A stretch of DNA of 54,479 nucleotides, counting the filler, from Sphacelaria rigidula (Eukaryota), in NCBI GenBank assembly GCA_964200075.2. It is 5 parts of 5 records of this genome, joined end to end, with 100 filler letters (N's around TTAATTAATTAA, not from the genome) between each part and the next. Parts side by side here need not be neighbours in the genome. Positions count along the whole stretch, not along the records: positions 43,666 to 54,479 come from CAXNAA020005864.1; 4 more parts are not named here. One strand, 5' to 3'. Under the pieces are notes generated by a model. That model had not been told where the DNA came from. It saw only the letters and a list, made by a program, of their open reading frames with translations, and did not search any database. Shown here one piece after another: positions 49,553-54,479 of the stretch (position 1 is its first letter; each line of letters opens with the position of its first letter). The position numbers were made by a program, and so were the translations under genes.

Positions 49553-50336
49553 GGCTACGGCACTGTTTGGGGCGACGATGGTGACAAATTGTGGACAATG
49601 ACAGTCGCGGCATCCAGGGCGGAGGCTGTAGTGGTGGCGGCAGTGGCAGCGGGAGCGGGAGCCGGGCACGAGCGCGAGCGATTTGGGCTCCCATCGCTTG
49701 ACGTGTTCTACAGAAGTCCGACAAGGAATACATCATACAAGACGCCACCGCTAGTGTGACGAGAGGAAGGACTATGTGACACAGCTGATACATCCCGATA
49801 CGCCACAAGAGGCATTCCACACTGCCACAGACACCGACAACAACACTATCTTCCCCCTCCAGCATGATGACCACCACCATCTCTTGACACGAGGGGGAGG
49901 CCTTATTCACCTTCTTCTGTGTAGCAAATCTCGGGCGAGGGGAGTCAAATATCTGTATGCACAACGATCAGACACAGGACCAGTAGTAGCAGCAGCAGCA
50001 GCAGCAGCCGCAGCCGCGGCAGCAGTATCAGCATCAACCATACAAGAAAAGCGGTCACGAACGAGATATCTCGGCGAGCTGAACGTACGATTCGATCCGG
50101 TTTTTTGGCGACGAGGGACCTAAACTATCGAGCGGCCGCAGCAGGAGTAACAGCAGCAGCACCACCACCACCACCACCAACAGCAGCAGCAGAGCATTAT
50201 GCCTGCTCCAGGGGTTAGGCGGCGGCGCCTTATTCTGGTCAAATCAGGCTTAGCGGCGAAGGATCCACCGGAGTGGCTGCTCAAACGTCGGGAAGAAGGA
50301 TGGAACGATCGATTCACCGTGAACGATGGTCCAGCG
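49553..50336 (+). pseudogene. Disrupted polyQ/polyH low-complexity exon
   Basis: CAG acceptor at 49550-49552 and GCG|GTAAGT donor; DQ**QQQQQQPQPRQQYQHQ and QQE*QQQHHHHHHQQQQ, plus TGA stops and a frameshift. Confidence 0.4.
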
Positions 50337-51432
50337 GTAAGTAGCGTTGTCGTGATTCAGGGCGTCCCTTGTGACGGTTCGCAATGCTGTGAGGATACCG
50401 CTTTCGCGGAAAATAATTAGGTCACCACTTCTCTATGTGTGAAGTTGGGCGACGACATTCATACTGTGTACTATGGGTCTCACCAGAGGTTCTAGGGTGA
50501 AAGCATCGTGTGTGTATGCCGTATGTGTGTCCGGATACGCTTTTCTGTAGGCGTGCTCGTGTATGTGAGAATCTTGAGTTTTCAATCGCTTACTTTCAGG
50601 TCTTTTTCAGAGGGAGTCCTAGTACGAGAAGTTGCAGGTCACTGCTTCAGTATTTGTATCTTCAATAATCACCGTCGACTAGAACAGCGGTCACAACTGA
50701 AGCGTATGCGTACGGCAGAGCATGATGATATATTTATATATTTACATTCACCGTATGTAGCAACTGAGCTGGTGCTGGACAAGGCCTTATGCTCCAGTGC
50801 ACACTATATGCAGTATTTGAAATGCACGGGTGGTGTGTACCGTCGAAGACGTTGACTATTGAACGCGGGCGACGGAACAGAGGTCCACATTTATTTGCAC
50901 GTGAACATAAGTATGTCCCATTGTCTTCACCGGACTGGCCGCTCTATTCAGTCCACAGCAGCAGCAGCATATTTTGCCTGTACGATACAGAGCATCTCGT
51001 CTGGTGCACACTACACTCAGTATAATCCGATCAATGGGCGGTCTGTTTCGTCGCACGATCATGACAAACACAAGCGAACGGCAATGTGTACCCTGATTTC
51101 ACACCGACCACCTTGTTGACGAAGATGCGGGCCACAAGATAGAGTGCCACGCCCCCTGTTGACGTGGCTTTGACGAGCATATGTAAGTGATGCCACGATA
51201 GGGTTGGACTTTTCAGTCCGAACGATTTCTGAGGGTGTGCACTAAGGCTCATATATTTATCATGGAGAGGCTCCTACAACCAAGAGCGTCAGACAAAACA
51301 AGTGCACCCTCTACCGTGGCATTGCTCATGTCCGAAGCACATGCTGAACACTGCAAACCTGATCAGTGTGCTGACTAGTGCTCAAGTTGTCGTGTTGTGC
51401 TTTTGACAGTGGCAATCACCATCGAAGACAGG

Positions 51433-51736
51433 CTACGATAGGGGGGGAGGGGAGGGTCGATTCCACGAAAAAATGGGCTCTTAGGTGCGTCAGACGACCC
51501 AACACACTCGCGGGGCGCTTGTATTTAGGTAAAGGCGATGTCAAACAGTTTGAATGATTGATTAATTAATTGGTTTGATTGATTAATTGTCGCACGTTGA
51601 CTGACCACCCAGGGGTCCAGCCGTGGCCGCATGGTTGACGTGCGTACCCAACAAAACCAAAGCTGACACACTCGTTCAAGAAAACGGAGGAGCAGAAAAA
51701 AGTCGAACATAACGACATAGTAGACTAAGACATGGA

Positions 51737-51772
<36 letters not shown>

Positions 51773-52138
51773 AAGCAAAGCACAGAAATATATGGCCGAC
51801 CAATAACAAAAAAGAAAGGATAATAAAAACAAATGGAATAAAACTATTGAAAAAAAAAAGAAAAAAGGCCAAGGGGTTCAGGGTAGCAGAGTAGATACAG
51901 ATACACACCAGTGGACATCGCAGAGCCACCGACTACGGATATAATCAACAGCCGATAGGAGCAGACGGAATACTTCGATTGGCGGCCCTCGACGCAGCAG
52001 CCTTTCCCTTGTGAATGAGCGTTACAAATCGGAAGCAAGCGCGTTCGAGCTACCGTTGCTGCTATCAACGACGATTACAAATAGAATTTCGTGGAAAAAA
52101 CGGCCCAAAATAGCCCGCCCCCCCCCTCCCTATCGTAG
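51433..52138. mobile_element. MITE (CTACGATAGGG TIR) containing a minus-strand retroelement 3' fragment with an (ATCA/ATTA)n tail
   Basis: CTACGATAGGGGGGGAGG / CCCCTCCCTATCGTAG; TGATTGATTAATTAATT at 51555-51588 followed by an A-rich (AAC)n tract. Confidence 0.5.
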
Positions 52139-52891
52139 AATGACTCATCGATACCACTCCCGTCGGCACCACGTACTAATAGCAACCACGAAGGCAATCA
52201 CGCTCACGAGGGTAGAGAGGAGCTCTAATCATGAAGATAGCGAACAGGGTGGATTACAGAAAACAAATAAGAGCCCATTCGCATCCAGTGATCCAGTGTT
52301 TCCCTGATGTAAGTAACTGCAATGTTGCGGTTCCAGGATAACGAAATACCTCTACCCCCTCAGACAACAACCGTAGGTACGAGCACAAGCATAGAACACG
52401 GGATTTTGAAAATCGAGATTGCATTTGGTTTTGGAGGGTGCACCTTGGGAACCCTCATATGCACAGAAATGTTATCGGAAACATAATGTAAACGCAATAT
52501 TTGGCCGTGTGGTGTGGCCTCGCTCATCCTCGAGAACAAATCCATCCGCATTGTGTGAAACAAATCCCGTGTTAACAGGGGCTTCTGACAAACAGCAACA
52601 ACTTTTCGCACGGGAATGAACGGAGGTCGACATTGTTCGGGACATACACCGGATTTCACAACTTGCAGATAAACTCTAGTGAGGATGAGCGAGCCCACAC
52701 ATTACGGCCGGAGAGTACATTTTGCATATTTCGTTTCGAGAATATTTCGAAGCTTATGAAGGTTCCCGAGGCATCCTCAAACCAAACCTACTCTCAATTT
52801 GTAAAGTCCCGTGTTACAAGCACAAGAACAAGCGAAGGCATCGCCGTGACGATCCCATCAGCAACCAAAGCACGAAACAGCAATGCACACG

Positions 52892-52899
<8 letters not shown>

Positions 52900-52956
<57 letters not shown>
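52900..52956. repeat. (CA)n microsatellite
   Basis: Directly visible. Confidence 0.95.
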
Positions 52957-52958
<2 letters not shown>

Positions 52959-53041
52959 GCCTGCGTACACGCGGCATGCCTATCGTGGACACCTTCCTCG
53001 CACTCGCTTTCCACTGCTCTTCATGAAACGCGCACGCGCAG

Positions 53042-53208
53042 ACCAGGATGAGCTGCTACGCCCCCGACGCTCCCAGTGGAGCCATCACTACAGGCCACGT
53101 GAACACCCACACCCCCCCCCGGCACCACAAGCATCACGATCATCTTCACCACCACAACGACAAGCGCCGCACGGAAGCATCCTCGCGCATGCCACCCAGG
53201 AATGCTAG
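53042..53208 (+). CDS. Candidate His-rich exon (TRMSCYAPDAPSGAITTGHVNTHTPPRHHKHHDHLHHHNDKRRTEASSRMPPRNA)
   Basis: CGCAG acceptor after a CA-rich tract, AG|GTGAGT donor, open frame, phase-compatible with the 50336 donor. Confidence 0.4.
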
Positions 53209-54316
53209 GTGAGTCATATACACCACCTTTCCCCATATGATATCTCTGAGGTAGCACACAGCAGAGCGGGATGCTGGGCCGCGGCACCCAGCATTTTCCA
53301 AGTGGAGCCATAGACACCGTGCGTTGTTGCCATGCCTCACGCCAAGTTAATACGCGGCAAAAGACGAGTGAATGCTTGGCAAACAACACCCAAACAGCGC
53401 TAGACGAACTGCGTGCACCTAGTGGTGCTCTGAGTTCAAGTTTGTTGCAGCACGGCGCCAAAGAAGATCCCTCCTCGCGACACCTGGTGTTGCTAGGTTG
53501 GCCGAATTAATCCTTGCTATATCGTTTTTTTTTTTAAGTCGAATCAGAACACGGCCAAGGACGATGCTTGGTCACAATGCCCAACGAAACTCGGTGTTTC
53601 ACATGCACCTCGTGTTGCCAGACTATAAGTCGAGCCAATGAGCGGCAAAGGAGGATACTCGGTCATAACACCTGCTAATATTCGGTGAGTAGAATGAATG
53701 CACTTTGCATCACCAGAGTTTGAAGCCAAGCTGGCGTGCGTAGAATAGGAATCGTTGACCACAACACCCAGTGATGCTAGGTGAGCAGTAAGCACCCTGC
53801 ATTGACCAGATTTTCATGTCAATTCAGTGCACGGCAAGGGTGGATGCCTGACTGGTCACAAACACCAAGATTTGCTATTACTAGGTTAGCAGTATGCACG
53901 TTGTGTTGTCAGAGTGAAGGCCAAGGGTACTACATGATGGAAGCGCGTCCTTCGTCACAACACCGAGCGCTGCCAGGTGGGATGAACGTTTCCTCGGCAG
54001 ATTTCAAGTCTAACCGGTACACGGCGAAGGAGGGGGGAGGAGGTGCACCCGCATCGCTGTAAAATTATGTTGCGGTCACTTACAACGTTTCCCAGCGGAC
54101 CAAATAGAGCAGCCATGAGCAGGTTTGGTGCCAGATGGGTCCAATCCGCACGATGATAGAACGGGTCATTCTAATACGTGTTTCCAAACGAAGCGCCCCC
54201 ATCGGGATAATTGATTGTCCTATTCTGTCGTGGCGTAAGTGTGCTCTGTTGAGAGTCGTAAGTAAAGCGGATTCTACGAGCTTAAACAGATAGATTTGAT
54301 TCAGACATTCATACTC

Positions 54317-54479
54317 ATGCTCCATCTCGGAAGGGATGCGTGGTCAATGGTCACACGACTAGGACAAGCAACAAATGAGTACGCCCCCTCCGCCCCCCCC
54401 TCGCAAGCTCTCTATTAGGAGTAGGAACGGTGTCCCGTCTAGAAAAGGGATGCGTGGTCAATGGTCACACGACTCAGGC
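54317..54479 (-). mobile_element. Two tandem SINE family 2 3' ends
   Basis: GGGATGCGTGGTCAATGGTCACACGACT at ~54333 and ~54447. Confidence 0.75.

Noticed and set aside
49981..50150. TAA/TAG-to-Gln genetic code reassignment
   Set aside because: The same region has TGA stops and a frameshift, and the intact 2.3-kb exon and SERBP1-like exons contain no in-frame TAA/TAG
1..54479. Endogenous virus, Fanzor/TnpB, CRISPR or prokaryote-type operon
   Set aside because: No intronless gene-dense block, RuvC or viral hallmark motifs, or repeat-spacer array seen

Overview
Eukaryotic, intron-rich, repeat-rich nuclear DNA. Long introns, CA-rich acceptors, GTGAG/GTAAG donors and TTAGGG-type repeats suggest a brown alga or other stramenopile (inference). 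The window is not one locus: four artificial 100-nt linkers (44 N + TTAATTAATTAA + 44 N) spaced exactly 10,916 nt apart join five ~10.8-kb pieces. Piece 1 holds the 3' part of a spliced gene for a large disordered protein with a RanBP2/NZF zinc finger. Piece 2 holds two phase-compatible exons of an unknown gene and a three-level transposon nest. Piece 3 is almost all mobile DNA: tRNA-derived SINEs, MITEs, a ~1-kb foldback and a CRE-like RLE-LINE relic. Piece 4 holds five exons of an Stm1/SERBP1/HABP4-family RGG gene with an ATG-only first coding exon and a ~100-nt intronic hairpin (candidate pre-miRNA). Piece 5 holds a decayed Ty1/copia 3' end with PPT and LTR, plus a pseudogenised polyQ/polyH exon. 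I found no intact novel multi-gene system. The best leads are two tRNA-headed SINE families (one with an 8-bp TSD, one apparently tailless), the intronic hairpin, and TTAGGG-containing mini-elements.
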